Positions 50,600-64,000 of a stretch of 64,000 nucleotides of DNA are shown piece after piece. Every line of letters begins with the position of its first letter. Positions within the stretch are counted from its first letter, which is position 1. The position numbers and the translations under genes are program-made. The notes beneath the pieces are model-generated. The model saw only the letters and a list, made by a program, of their open reading frames with translations. It was not told where the DNA came from and searched no databases. Source of the DNA: Mobula hypostoma (Eukaryota); NCBI RefSeq assembly GCF_963921235.1, contig NC_086108.1:16554001-16618000 (forward strand). Direction: 5' to 3'.

Positions 50600-53180
50600 G
50601 TAGATAACTCACCAGGATGGACTACACCCCAGGGTTCTGAAAGAGTTAGCTGAAAAGATTGTGGAGGCATAAGTAATGATCTTTCAAGAATCACTCATTT
50701 CTGGAATGGTTCTGGAGGACTGGAAAATTGTAAATATCATTCCACATTTTAAAAAGGGAGGGAGGCAAAAGAAAAAATTATAGCCAGTTAGCCCAACCTC
50801 AGTGGTTGATAAGATGGTGGACTCCATTATTCATGCTGATGCTTCTGGATACTTGGAAGCACTTGATAAAATAGGCTATAGTCAGCATGGTTTCCTTAAA
50901 AGAAATCTTGTCTGACAAATCTGTTGAAATTCTTTAAGGAATTAACAGGCAGGTTGACAATGGAAAATCAGTGGATGTTATTTACTTGGAGTTTCAGAAG
51001 GCTTTTGACAAGGTGCCACACAAGATAAGAGCCCGTGGTATTAAAGGAAAGATACAAACATGATAGAAGACTGGCGGATTGGAAGGAGGCAGAGTGGGAA
51101 CAAAGGAGTCCTTTTCTAGTTGGCTGCCGGTGACTAGTGGTGTTTTTCAGGTGTCAGTGTTGGGACCACTTCTTTTCACATTATATGTCAATGATTTTTC
51201 AATGATTTGGATGACGGAATTGATGGCTTTGTGGGCAAGTTTGCGGACGATACGAAGATAGGTGGGAGAGCAGGTGGTATGCAGAAGGACTTAGATTGAG
51301 AAAATGGACAAAGAAGTGGCAAATATTCTACAGTGCAGGGAAGTGTATAGTCATGCAGTTTGGTAGAAGGAATGAAGGCACTTACGATTTTCTAATTGGG
51401 GAGAAAATTCAGAAATTAGAGGTGCAAAGGGATTTGGGGGTCTTCATGCAGGATTCCCTCAAGGTAAACTTATAGGTTGAGTCGGTAGTGAGGAAGGCAA
51501 ATGCAATGTTGGCATTCATTCCGAGAGGACTAGAATATAAAGGCAAGGATGAAATACTGAGACTTTATGAGGCATTTGTCAGACCGCACTTGGAATATTA
51601 TGAACAGTTTTGATGCCCTTATCTAAGAAAGAATGTGCTGGTCTTGGATAGGATCCAGAGGACGTTCAAAAGAATGATCCCAGAAACGAAAGAGTTGATG
51701 TAGTTGACGTATTATGGCTCTGGCCTGTTTAGAAGTTTAGAAGAATGGGTGGGGGTGGGGGGATATCTCACTGAAACCTCTCAAATATTGACAGGCTGAG
51801 ATAGAGTGCATGTGGAGAGGATGTTTCTTATAGCGGGGGAGTCTAGGACCAGAAGACACAGCCTCAGAATAAAACAGAGATGAGGAGGGATTTCCTTAGC
51901 CACATGGTGATGAATCTGCGGAATTCATTGCCACAAACTGCTGTGGAGGCCAAGTCACTGGGTATATTTAAAGCAAAGGTTGGTAGGTTTTTGATTCGTA
52001 AGGATGTCAAAGAAGGCAGGAGAATGGAGTTGAGAGAGATAATAAATCAGCCATGATGGAAAGGTGGAGTAGACTCTATCTGCCAAATGGTCTAATTCTG
52101 CCCCTATGTCCTTTGGTCTTATGGTCTTTATTGCATCTTTTTATCATCTCCCAGCAGGCTGTTTAGCCAGTTCAGTCAATTTCGTGAGACCACAGATGAT
52201 CTGTGACCTAATTCCTTACAGGCGTCTCTTTCCCTTACTGTTTTTGTAATATTAGTTGTCAAATGCTTTAAAAATGAACAGCCATTAGTAGAAGAGAGTT
52301 TCACATTTCTACATCCTCTGTGTTTTACAATTTCACTTCTGAAAGCACAAGCCCAAACTTTTAAAACTACTTCCAGTTTCTTCTATTAGCAGAGATAACC
52401 ATTATCTCCAATCACACCAGTTCCTTTTATTTTGTAAATTTAAAACAAATAATCCTTTAACCTTCTCAATGCAAATAAAACCCTCAATTTTCGTCATCTT
52501 CCCTTTCAAAGCCTAGGTAACATTCTGTGAAATCTGTCCATCACTCCCTCTAAAGCTAAAGTACACAAATCTTATGGTGTGTTGGCCTTCATTATTCAGG
52601 GGATTGGGTCCAAGAGCTGCGAGATAACGTTGCAGCTCTATAAAACCCTGGTTAGATCACACATGGAATGTTGCCACATTATAGGAAGGATATGAAACCT
52701 TTAGAGAGGGTGCAGAGGAGATTTACCAGGATACTGCCTGGACTAAAGGGCATGTCTTAGGAAGTGTGCTAGGGCTGTTCTCGTTGGAGTGAAGGAGGAT
52801 GAGAAGTGACTTAATAGAGGTGTACAAGACGAGAAGAGGCATAGATTGAGTGGATAGCCAAAGACTTTTTGTCAGGGCAGAAATGGTTAATACAAGGGTC
52901 ATAATTTTGAGGTGAGAGGCTGAAAGTATAGGAGGGATGTCAGAGCTCGGTTATTTATACATAGATTGGTGGGTGTGTGAAATGTCCTCTACCTGCAGTG
53001 GTGGTAGAGACAGATATATTAGGGGTACTTAAGAAACTCTTAGTTGGCACATAGATGATAAGAAAATGTACAGCCTTGTAGGAGGGAAGGGTTAGATTGA
53101 TCGAAGAATAGGTTAAAAGGTTGGCACAACGTTGTGAGCTGAAGGCCCTCTACCCTTCTGTAATGTTTTATGTATTATGT
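50600..53180 (+). mobile_element. Decayed CR1 copies (50600-52130 and 52575-53180)
   Basis: Degenerate RT motifs (VTSGVFQVSVLGP) and CR1 3' UTR. Confidence 0.8.
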
Positions 53181-54040
53181 TCTATATCCTTGATGATAAG
53201 GAGGCTTGTGCCCATGACGGTGCTGGCTGAGTTTACAACCTTCCGATTCTGTGCAATGACTCCTCCACACCAGACAGTGTTGCAACCAGTCAGAATACTG
53301 TCCATAATACATCTGTAGAAATTCATTAGAGTCTCTGGTGACATACCAAATCTTCTCAAACTCCTAATGATGTATAGCTGCCGGTGTGCCTTCATGATAA
53401 CATCAATATGGTGGCACAGGATAGGTCCTCTTAGATGTTGATGGCCAAAAACTTGAAGCTGCTCACCCTTTCCACCAATGAGCCCTCAATAAGGATTGGT
53501 GTGTGTTCTCCCGAATTCCACAAACAACTTCTTCATTTTACTGATATTGAGTGCAAAGCGTCTGCACTGTTACACAGTCATGAGTGTAGAGATTAGATCA
53601 ATTGGATAAACATACATCCTTGAGATGCAGCTGTGTTGGTTGTCATTGAGGAGGGGATATTATTATCAATTTGTATGGATTGTCATTTCCCATTGAGGAA
53701 GTCAAAGATCCAGTTGCACATAGGCCCAGGTTGTGAAGGTTGTTGACTACTGAGGGATGATATATTGAATGCTGAATTGTATTCGTTAAACAACAGCCTG
53801 ATGCAGGTATTGCTGCTATCCAGGTGGTCCAAAGCCCAGTGAAGAGCCAGTGAGATTGTGTCTGCTGTAGACCTGTCGTGGTGGTAGGCAAATTGCAGCG
53901 GGATCAGCTCACCGCTCAGGCAGGAGTTAGGTTTAGCAATCAACAACCTCTCAAAGCACTTCTTCACAGGAGATGTGACTCATTGAGGCAGCTCACCCTG
54001 CACATTTTGAGCACAAGTATGATTGATGCCCTTTGAAGCA
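53180..54040 (-). mobile_element. Decayed Rex1/Babar fragment
   Basis: KCFERL, PLQFAY..RSTADTIS, DSILTGC motifs. Confidence 0.8.
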
Positions 54041-56084
54041 TAAATAATTATTGTTAAAAGGCTACTTGTGGTTTTAATTGTCAGATTTTTTTGCAGTAAA
54101 TTGGGGAAATTAACGTGCAAATCCAGCGAGTTCTTAAAAATAGCAGACAGGCCAAAGGCACATTGTGTACATTAGCCGGAGACTCACTCTCATGCTGTAT
54201 CTCTTAAATCATAAAGTTGCTGTACAATTGTGCATTTATAACAATGTACATATTTAATGTTATGGTCTGTTTTCATTAAGAGTTGTCCCAATTTCACTTC
54301 CTTACACAACATGCAACTATAGAGGCAAAGCAACGGGGTACTGTATCCTAACCAATCAGCTATACAATTTCAGTGCATCACTCTGACAGATGTGACTAAA
54401 TCTGCTTAACAGTCGATAGAGCTTAATTCCCACAAACGTTAATGGACAATGATGGGTCAGCATCTATTTGGCACACACACGTACACAATTAGATGAACAA
54501 TTCCAAATCAGTAGTAATTGGTATGAAAACATGTCTTGTTAGGGCTATGCGCTGCATTAGGCTGAGGCCATGGAACAAATTGTTAAATCATGCAAATACG
54601 TATCAGAATATGCTTCTTAATCATTTATCAAAATTCCTACTTATTTACTCATCTACTTAAGGTTCGAAAATGTGAAAACAATGCCTAAAGGTAGAAAGAA
54701 ATCAGTTGTAATTTGGCATATCTTATTTGCTGATCCTGAAAGCAGATGTCGTTCCCTAGCTTCACTAACTCCCTGTTTCCCAAAAACTGATTCTGAATTT
54801 TTTTTTATTTTTTCATTTTAGTGCCTTGGGCATCCTTGGCATAGGCATGTGAAAGAGTGGAGAAGAGCTGCCTTCATAAATGGCTAAAGTGCTTCTATGG
54901 AGCTAATGGGGAGGGAGTTCCAGAATTTGGCCCCAACAAAAATGTAGTAGATGGGTAGAGAACTTCTAAGACTCACAGCTCTCTGGGTGAAGAAATTTCC
55001 TCTCATCTCAGTTCTGAATAGCAAACCATTACTTTGACATAGTGATTTATGGTTATAGGTTTCCCAGTAATGGAGATCATCATCACTGCATCTTCACTGA
55101 TAAGTCTCATTACATTTCAGTATGCTCAATGAGATTGTCTCTCATCCTCTAAACTCTGGAGCATACACTCAATTTGTGAACTTCTGTTGCACTCTTTCTA
55201 TTGCAAATATGTACTGTACATCCTTCCTTAGTCCAAACATCATGTCTGTAGACAAGATTCCAGGGAGAGTCTCATCAGGCACCTATATATTTTCAGTGAG
55301 AAGTTACAGCGTCTTTATGGAACAAAGTTCTGCTAGTAAGAGGATGGAAATTGATTGCTTATACAAATACATAGGGGCATAGGGTTAGTCATGATTGTTA
55401 TTTCCAGTTTGTTTGGTGTGTTTATGATTTACTCTTTCATTCTCTCTTACTCCCCTCAAAATGCTAACTCTTGCTGTGGCATTCTAAATGTAGTGTAAGT
55501 AAGGGCAGCAAAAGCTAGTTTATTAAATCTGAAGTTTGCATTATGATTAAATCCAATCTGTTCTATTGCAATGTTCCTGCAAACATAAGCTAGCAAAGAT
55601 TATTGGACAGGTTTAATGAGTGAGGAACTTTATTGACTTCTGAGTTCTGCAGAGACTAGTCTGAAGCACAGATCAACTAAGTAAGGAAAGAATCACCAAG
55701 TTCTTAGCATCATGTTTCAAACAAGCTGGCTTAACTTGGACCTAGGTGACAGCCACTTCTGATAATGACATCCTAGCGCTAACTGAGAAGGTATAGATAA
55801 TTTTAAGTGACAGCTTTAAGCTAAAATTCAGAAGAAATTTGAAAGATGGAGACTGCAAAGCTATGGTCATTCAAGGGATGTTTTAAATGAGATTACATTT
55901 TTTAAGCATTGTGTATAAAAGAGCTCCAAACAAATGAGATGTTGGGATTCCAAACGTGGTTACCAATGAGGCTTTGGTACCTTAACATGGAATATTAGTA
56001 CACATTGTGCAGTTACTGGAGGCAAAATAAATATCGGGTCAAAACTTTTCCCTATACCAAATCAAGGTCACACCTGTTTTACGA

Positions 56085-57760
56085 AGACCACTATCATCCT
56101 GGTGCTGAACAAAAATAAGGTAACATGCCTTAATGATTAGCACCCAGTGGCTTTGACATCCACCATCATGAAGTGCTTCAGGAGAAGAGTCATGGAATGC
56201 ATCTCTCCAGCCTCAAAGATACTCCACTGCAATTCATCTTTGAACAAAACAGGTTCATGGCAGACACATCTTTGGCTCTACACAAATCTCTAGAGCATCT
56301 GGATAACAAAGATGCCTACTTGTTAACGAATACCGATTTACTGACTACCCCTCCGCCTTCAATTCTATAAATTCAAACAAACTCATATCCAAATTCTGAG
56401 AGCTAGGGGTTGGCACTTTATTTTGTAAATGGATCCTTAACTTCTTTACCAATAGATTTCAATCAATAAGGATATTTTTTATATTGAGATACAGCATGGA
56501 GTAGGCCTTTCCAGCCCTTCGAGTCATGCTGCCCAGCAATCCCCCTATTTTATTCCTAGGTCTAATCATGGGACAATTTACAATGACCAATTAACCTACC
56601 AACTGATAGTTCTTTGGACTGTGGAAGGAACTGGAGCACCTAGAGGGCATCCACACAGTCAAGAGGAGAACATACGAACTCCTTCCCTTTCCTTTCTTGA
56701 TCTCACTGTCTCTATCTCTGGAGACAGTTTATCCACCGATGTCTATTGCCTGTATACAAAACTCCTTACAGGTTGCAGTGGGAACTGAACACGGGTCACT
56801 GGTACTGTAAAGTGTTGTGCTAACCGCTATGCTATCAAGCCGCCCTGACAGACAGTCACAGCTCCACCATGATTATTATCAACACTGGTGCTCCATGAAG
56901 CTGCATCTTCAACCCCCTATTTGACTGTTCAGTCGATTCTGCTCTAACCCAAAGTTTGCAGATAGCACCAGTGTAGTTGGTTGGATCTCAAATAATGACA
57001 AAATGGAGTACAAGAAGCAGATGGACAGCCTAGTGGCATAGTGCTATGACAAGAACCTCCCATCAATGTCAGTAAAACAAAAGAGCTGGCCATTGATTTC
57101 AGGAAGCAGGGTACAGAACATGTGCTGATATAGAGATGGTTCAGAACTTCAAGTTCCTAATTGTAAACATTCCTAATAGTTTGTCCTGATCCAACCATGT
57201 AGTTGCTATGGCCAAGAAGCCATAATAGAACCTCCACTTCCTCAGAACTCTAAAGAAATTTGAAATGTCCTCATTGGTCCTCACCAACTTTTATCAATGC
57301 CCCATAAAAAGAATCCTACCCAGATGTATTGCAGCTTGGTATGGTAACTGCTTTCTAAGACTGCAAGAAACTGCAGCTTTGTGGACATAGCTCTGTCCAC
57401 CATGAGAACCAATCTCCCCTCCATGGATTTTGCCTCAAGAAAGCAGCCAAATTAATCAAAAGCCCCTTATCCCAGCCAATCTAACCTCTGCTTCCATTGG
57501 GAAAATGATACAAAAGCTTGAAAACAACAGCACCAGGCTGAAGATCAATTTCTATCCGTCTGTTTGATAAAGCTTGACCTCACAATCTCCCTCATCGTTG
57601 TTCTTGTAATTTATTGTTCACCTGCACTGAACTTTCTCTATAACAGTATATCTTGCTTTTTCCTTTGTACTATCTTGATCTAGTTATGTTTTGAAATTAT
57701 CTGTATGGATGGCACGTAAACATAGCTTTTCATTGTATCTCAATACATGTGATAATAATT
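56085..57760 (+). mobile_element. Decayed Rex1/Babar LINE with nested minus-strand V-SINE (56470-56845)
   Basis: PLQF, ALHKSLEHLDNKDAY motifs; SINE tRNA head and V-like domain. Confidence 0.75.
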
Positions 57761-60560
57761 AGGCAATTACCCAAATCTAGGAGTGGAAAGGGGATGCACC
57801 TCTGCTTTTCAGACAGAACTTGAAATTATGGCCCTGTCTGCCCTGTCAAGTATAAGTAAAAGATCCCAAGATACAATTTAAAAGGTCTATAGGGAGCTCT
57901 TCCTAACGCCCTAGCCAATATTTGTTCCTCAATTAAACAGATTATCCAGTTATTAACAGGCTAACTGTAGAAACCACCATATGAAAAATACTTAACACAA
58001 CCCTTGATTTACAATAGAGAACAACAAAAGTACCTTATTATTCAAAATCTACTTTGGGACAATTCTAGTCTTGTAAATGACACAACATAAGTATGTATCT
58101 TTCCTACAGCAGCATGTTCAGTTAGAGCTGGGGTACATTACCCTATTTAACCCAAAAGATGGGGCACAGGTCTGAATATTGATAAAATAGCAGCATTTGA
58201 GTGCAGATCCTAATTGCTGGCTATATTTGTTTCAGCAAAACATTTACAAGAGAAATAAAAGATAATTCAGTTGTTGGTCTACATTTTGTTGTTATTCTCT
58301 ATGTTCAGGCATTTTCTCCAACCCTCCCTCTATTTATCTCATTATTATTCAGAGCAGGTTTTAGAAGCTGTTATCACTGCAGGCAAGTAATTACAACTCA
58401 ATCACTGCCGAGTTCTCCTCATGCCCCTGCACACTGCCAGCATCTGAAAAAAAACAAGAGCAATGGTATTCCGCCCTAGCATGCAGTTCCATTTATTATA
58501 CAAAACTTAAAGTAATTCTATTCTAACCTCAGGCACTTCACAGCAGCACAGACTGTGTCAATGATAATTTTCTTCTCTTGTCAATCAACTAAATAACACA
58601 AATGGTTTATGCACCAGTGGCAATAATGCACTAGCAGAGAATTTCTGAGCACCTAAATGACAGTTTTCATCAAAAATCACAAGTGTTAATTATACTGAAA
58701 ATCGTACTTCAGTTAAAAAAGTTAGCTCAGATTATTTATATTTCATATTGAGCAGGATCCCACAAGCAGTCCAGCATATTCTTAAAATTAGTTGGATTAA
58801 ATTATATCTGTAAATTAAAATAGGTGGAATTTTGATGAGTTGATTTGGAATCAAGCATTTGAAGTTGACCCAGAATAATTCCCCAAATGTTTGCATAAAA
58901 ATAAAGGACCAATGCTTAATGCACATACTGTAAAGCTCTAGGAATTGTAATATACACCTCAATAATAAATTACTGGTTGGCAAATATGCTTGCCAATTTA
59001 TATAATGTCTTACAAACTAGAATGAGGCAATATTCATACCTTACTATCAGGAAAATAGGAAACAATATGGAAATACAACAAAAGTAAAATATGCCAAAAT
59101 GCATTGCAGTACATCTTTATTTAAGATAGAGAGAGGTTGGAGGTGAGATGGAGTTACCAGCAGTATTAACAAGTGTTATTCATTCATCAATGACCTATTC
59201 CCTGATACCTAGTCTGGGTTTCACCAAGTCCTTGACTCCAGACCTCATCTCTGCCTTGGCCTAAGCATGGAACAAAACAACTGAATTCCCCAATAAAGCT
59301 CTGATATCAAGGGCAAACTTGACTTGAGTGTGTCACTGGAGAAAACACTGCAATGGCTGGAGGCATACTTCACACAAAGGAAGTTGTGTGGAAGTCAGTC
59401 ATTTCAGTCCCACAGAATTCCTCAAGGAAATTACCAAGGCCTGACCACCTTTAGCTGCTTCATCAATGACTTTCCTTCCAGCATAAGATTGGAAATAGGG
59501 ATGTTTCCTGATAGTTGCACAATATTAAATTCCAATTTCATTTCTTTAGGAAATGAAGGAGACCATGTCTTTCACAGCAAGACCTGGACACCAATTAGGC
59601 CTGGGATGATATGTGGCAAGTAACATCATGCCATAATCGTGTCAGGCATGAGATTGGAGTTTACCCACCTACCCTTCAAACTAAATGGTATTTCCAAAAT
59701 TGAGACCCCAATTATCAGTACCCTGGTGATCACCAATGACCAGAAGCTCAAATGAAACAAACACATAAATACTATATCGCCTAAACCCAAGGCCTTCTGA
59801 CAATAAACAAAGCATAACCCAGGAGTGCGATGGAATATTCTCCACTTTCCTAGATGAGTGCAGCTCCTACAAACCCTCAGACTGACCATCCAGAGCAAAG
59901 CATTTGATTGGTATCTCATCCATCACCCAAAACATCTGCAGTAGTCTTTCCACCACCTGTGATTCACGGCTGGTGATGATCGTCTAGAAAATATACTGCC
60001 ATTACATGCATTAACACCTCCCAAACCACAATCTTTGCCATCAAGAAAGGCAAGGACAGCAGATACGGGCAATAGCAGGAGTTCTGCAGGTTTATTGTGT
60101 TGCCTCAGTGAGGGAGAAAACTATCTGACACTTTGAAGTCATATCCCTCAGGTTGAGGACACTAGAAATAGTTAATGGGCAGGGACATAACAGTGTGAAG
60201 ACAAATGAGGCAGAAGAGGAGTTTAGGAGTTGCCTCAGGTCTTGCACTTGTCCAATAGGTGAGTGGTCTCTGCATCTTCTGTGAACAGAGGTGATGGGTA
60301 AACTGAAAAGGAATGCAATGATTTTCATATATATAGCATGGTTAGGGGGACAAACACTTGCTCTGTGAAGCTATGACAATGAATCCCAAAGGCTGCATTG
60401 TCTACTTGGTGTCATGTTTAAGGTAATCTTTTTGAAGTGAGATGGGAACTGGACGAGAAAGGGAAGGACCCTATTATGATGACCTATATAGGTAGCAATA
60501 ATACATCAAGGACTAAGAAAGATGTTTCTTTAAGGAATTATGAACAAAAGCACAAAATAC

Positions 60561-61442
60561 TGTTACATGCCTCACGGAGATCTGTGATCTTTTTTTGTGA
60601 GAATGATGTAATGACCTTTTGGAGGTCACCTGATGTAATTTTCCTGCCGATGTGAGGTCATGTGATGACATGTGCACCACGGGTATATAAGGGAAGACCC
60701 CAGATGATGCAGTTAGTTTTTTTGTTTTTAGATTTCCAGCTAGAACGTACTGTGTCTCCATCTCTTGCGCATTTGTTTTTATGACGCAGTTTCATTTTTA
60801 AAACGGTTGTACGTTCTGTTGCAAGGTACAATATTACAGGACTGGAAATTTTTGGCTAGATGTGCTGATGTACCTTATTCCAGCAGTAGAAGGGAGAGTG
60901 AAGACTTTATCAAAGTACAGGACCCAAAGGATTGAGAGGAGTCGGTATCGTTCGGCAGTTTAACAAAGGATCGACCTTATTGAGTCTTCGTTGAAGGAGT
61001 AGTGACCTGCATCGAACATAACTCTTGCCAAAAGAGTAAGGAGTTCATGCAGGATTTGCTCTCTAGAAGAATTTAAGGTCAGTTGTATTAAACCGTTTAT
61101 TTTCGGCATCGTGAATCCTGTGAACAGAACCAGCAGGAAAGTTGTGTCTATGAAGAAATCCTTCTCCAGAGAAGTCTCTCCCAATTGAACGTATAAATCT
61201 GTTGGAGTTTCGAATTTACCATTTTAAGAACTATATCTGACTTTACCGCTTTAAGAACTGTTTTCGCATTTAATGCTCTAAGAACCAGTGCTGAGTGACG
61301 ATTTGTTGAACGGCTGCATAATGGTTAACTTCCGGTTAAGGTATTAGTTTGTTTTTTTATCGTTTATTCGTGTTTGATAAATGTTTGGTTGTTTTTATAT
61401 AACCTGTCTCGATTGATATTCATTGTTGCCCGTTACGTAACA
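60561..61442 (+). mobile_element. Solo LTR (family A)
   Basis: TG...CA ends; perfect TSD atac; TATA-like tatataa near 60684; related to 2436-3312. Confidence 0.9.
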
Positions 61443-62208
61443 ATACTAATGTCTGAATTGAGTCACAGTCACACAGATGTTGGCATACGGTCACAAAATC
61501 AGAGAATTAAAAGCACGACAAACAGATTAGTTTGGGAGTAAAGAATTTCAATTCACAGGTTACTGGCACCATTATTGAGGAAAGAGAGAACTTCTTTTCA
61601 GGAAAAGCTTCACTACAATTAGCTGGGATCAGCATACTAATGGATTAAGCAATTGGAGCTATCAAGTGAGCTGGGGTAGAGATGAGAAGGGAGCAGGAAA
61701 GGGCTCAGAAGAGGGAAAATTCAAAAAAATTAAAGACCAGGAACAGATGAAAAATTGAGGAAATCAGCTACAATAATGATCATCAATGCAATAGGAAGAG
61801 AGAACATAAAAATTAAGTAAGAAGTGGTCACTAACAAATTTAAGTTCTTTTTACAGGGGTGGAGGGAATGGGGAGATTATGTTCTTGAAAATGATGCTGG
61901 TGAGTCAAAAAATAGAAAGATAGACGAGATGAATGTGTGGCTAAAGAGCAGGTGCAGGAGGGTAGGGCCTACAGGGACGAGGTCCAGCACCTGGCCGCGT
62001 GGTGTGCTGACAACAACCTGGCTCTTAACACCCAGAAGACCAAGGAGATCATTGTGGACTTCAGGCATGCTAGGAGCCACACTCATGTCTCTATCTACAT
62101 CAACAGAGCTGTAGTGGAGTGTGTATCAAGCTTCAAATTCCTTGGTGTCCACATTTCTGAGGATCTCACCTGGTCCTGAACTCCTCCATCCTGATCAAAA
62201 AGGCGCAA

Positions 62209-63860
62209 GATTAGATTAGATTAGATTAGGTTATGAGGATACGCAGTCCTCTTTTATTGTCATTTAGTAATATATGCATTAAGAAATGATACAATTTGTT
62301 CCTCCAGAATGATATCACAGAAACACAAGACAAACCAAGACTAAAAAACCTGACAAAAACCACATAATTATAACATATGTGACAAGAATACACATAGATG
62401 ACGATGTAGCTGTCCTGTGCTGGCACCAGTGGAATCAGCAGTTGGTCTGCCACCTGTCTTCAGGAGAGAGAGATAAGGAAAACAATGGAGCAGCATTTGG
62501 AGATGTTAATGAAGGAAGGAGAGCTGTCAAGAGCGGCTCACCCTTTGAACCCCGAACTGTTTGAAGTGATGGACAGGCGATACCCCAGCAGGGGGATAAA
62601 AAGGGACAGGTTCGCTAAGGCGACACACACACGACACCCGAGGTAACAAGACCCTGGAAGCGGTGCGTCTCTCACAAGTCGGTGGGAAGTATCGGGCCAT
62701 AGACGCACAGGGTGAAAAGGCACGATCGGCGGGAACCTGGTGTGCGTCCACCCTTGCCTGGGTGCCAGGTTCGCCGCAGAGAAACGATCGCATCTGGAAA
62801 CGGAGGGGTCACGGTCGGTGACCTCAGATGACATCACAAAGGACTCGCCCGAAAGCTGACTGCGAAGGTCTGTGTGGAAGTCGTTTTGAATATTCATTCG
62901 TTTTGCTCTCTCTCTCTCTCCTTCCCCCACACTGTCCATCTCCCACGGCAGCGATTACTGCGAACTGAACTGAACTAAATTGAACTGAACTTTGTGTCAC
63001 TTTGAAACTGGTCATTTACCCCTAGACAACGATAAAGCTTGATTGATCCTGTTATCTGAATTCTGTGTACATGTACATGGGGATCAGGGGGTATGGAGGG
63101 AAGGCTGGGGCGGGGTTCTGAGTTGGATGATCAGCCATGATCATAATAAATGGCCGAATGGCCTACTCCTGCACCTATTTTCTATGTTTCTATGTATGTT
63201 TATCATTGCTGAACTGTTGCATTCATTATCCTTTTGATTAGAGTACTGTGTTGCTTGTTTCTTTAATAAAACTTTCTTAGTTCTAGTAATCCAGACTCCA
63301 ACTGAGTGATCCATTTCTGCTGGGTTGGCAACCCAGTTACGGGGTACGTAACACATATAGTTACAACAGTGCAAGCAATACTGTAATTTGATAGAAGAAC
63401 AGACCATGGGCACGGTAAAAAAAAATCTCAAAGTCTCTCGAAAGTCCCATCATCTCATGCAGACTGTTGAAGGAAGAAAACTCTTCCTGCCATGAGTTTC
63501 CAGCGCTGCAAACTTGCCGATGCAGCATCCTGGAAACACCTGACCACAGTCCGACTCAGAGTCCGCCCGAAAACTTTGAGCCTCCGACCAGCTCTCCGAC
63601 ACCGAGCACCATCTCTGCCAAGCACTTCGACCCCGGCCCCGGCAATAGGCAAAGCCGAGGATTTGGGGCCTTCCCCTCCGGAGTTTCTCAATCGCACAGT
63701 AGCAGCAGCAGCGAAGCAGGCAGTTTCTCCATATGTTCCTCCATGCTTCTCATGGCTGTCTCCATCAAACCAGGATTGTGGATGGCATCCTACTTCACAA
63801 ATACGATATCAATTCGGAGCGGCTGCACGCACTGCGTCGCGTCGCCATCTTCTCCTCCCC
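62209..63860 (-). mobile_element. Short non-coding retroposon with GGGGAGGAGAAGATGGCG 5' end and AATAAA/(CTAAT)n tail
   Basis: About 675 bp after removing the LTR; interrupts the Rex1 frame; no recognisable protein. Confidence 0.65.
62378..63353 (+). mobile_element. Solo LTR (family B-related) containing a ~115-bp CR1 3' tail (63079-63194)
   Basis: TG...CA ends; perfect TSD cata; the inserted piece matches the 3' end of the CR1 family at 44122. Confidence 0.9.
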
Positions 63861-64000
63861 TCTTATTTCCTGCAGAACATCAAGATAGCTCACCCCTGTC
63901 CCAGGATACTAACGGACTTCTACCGCTGTATCATTAAGAGCATATTCACCAACTGCACCTCAGTGTGGTATGGCAATTGTCCCATATTGGACCGCAAAGC

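Larger units (their letters stand above)
61965..64000 (+). mobile_element. Rex1/Babar fragment split by nested insertions
   Basis: YRDEVQHLAAWCADNNLALNTQKTKE...FKFLGVHISEDLTWS; resumes at ~63861. Confidence 0.85.

Noticed and set aside
33451..64000. Next upstream XPR1 exon (expected RFIQCLRRY...NAGKYST)
   Set aside because: Not found by eye or in the ORF track. It is probably beyond the window (intron >30 kb), though I could have missed it.

Overview
Vertebrate genomic DNA; the repeat complement suggests a cartilaginous fish (inference). The only host gene I can support is the 3' end of XPR1 (phosphate exporter) on the minus strand: four coding exons at 33450-33284, 28944-28805, 27755-27546 and 18177-18117, with canonical splice sites and matching phases. 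A repeat-poor ~12 kb stretch follows, probably a long 3' UTR. The rest is dense, nested transposon sequence: CR1, Rex1/Babar, L1/Tx1, HERO, Penelope-like elements, four solo LTRs with 4-bp TSDs, tRNA-SINEs, and Tc1/mariner, hAT and Harbinger derivatives. The most striking signals are self-cleaving-RNA folds in retroelements, all read by eye and untested. (1) A complete hammerhead catalytic core in non-circularly permuted strand order lies in the 3' UTR of a HERO element (32540-32651). (2) An HDV-like ribozyme with an extra hairpin at L3 heads a 530-bp non-autonomous (CAA)n-tailed retroposon; its P1 5' strand is present but inverted (21801-21951). (3) Minimal hammerheads sit in Penelope termini.
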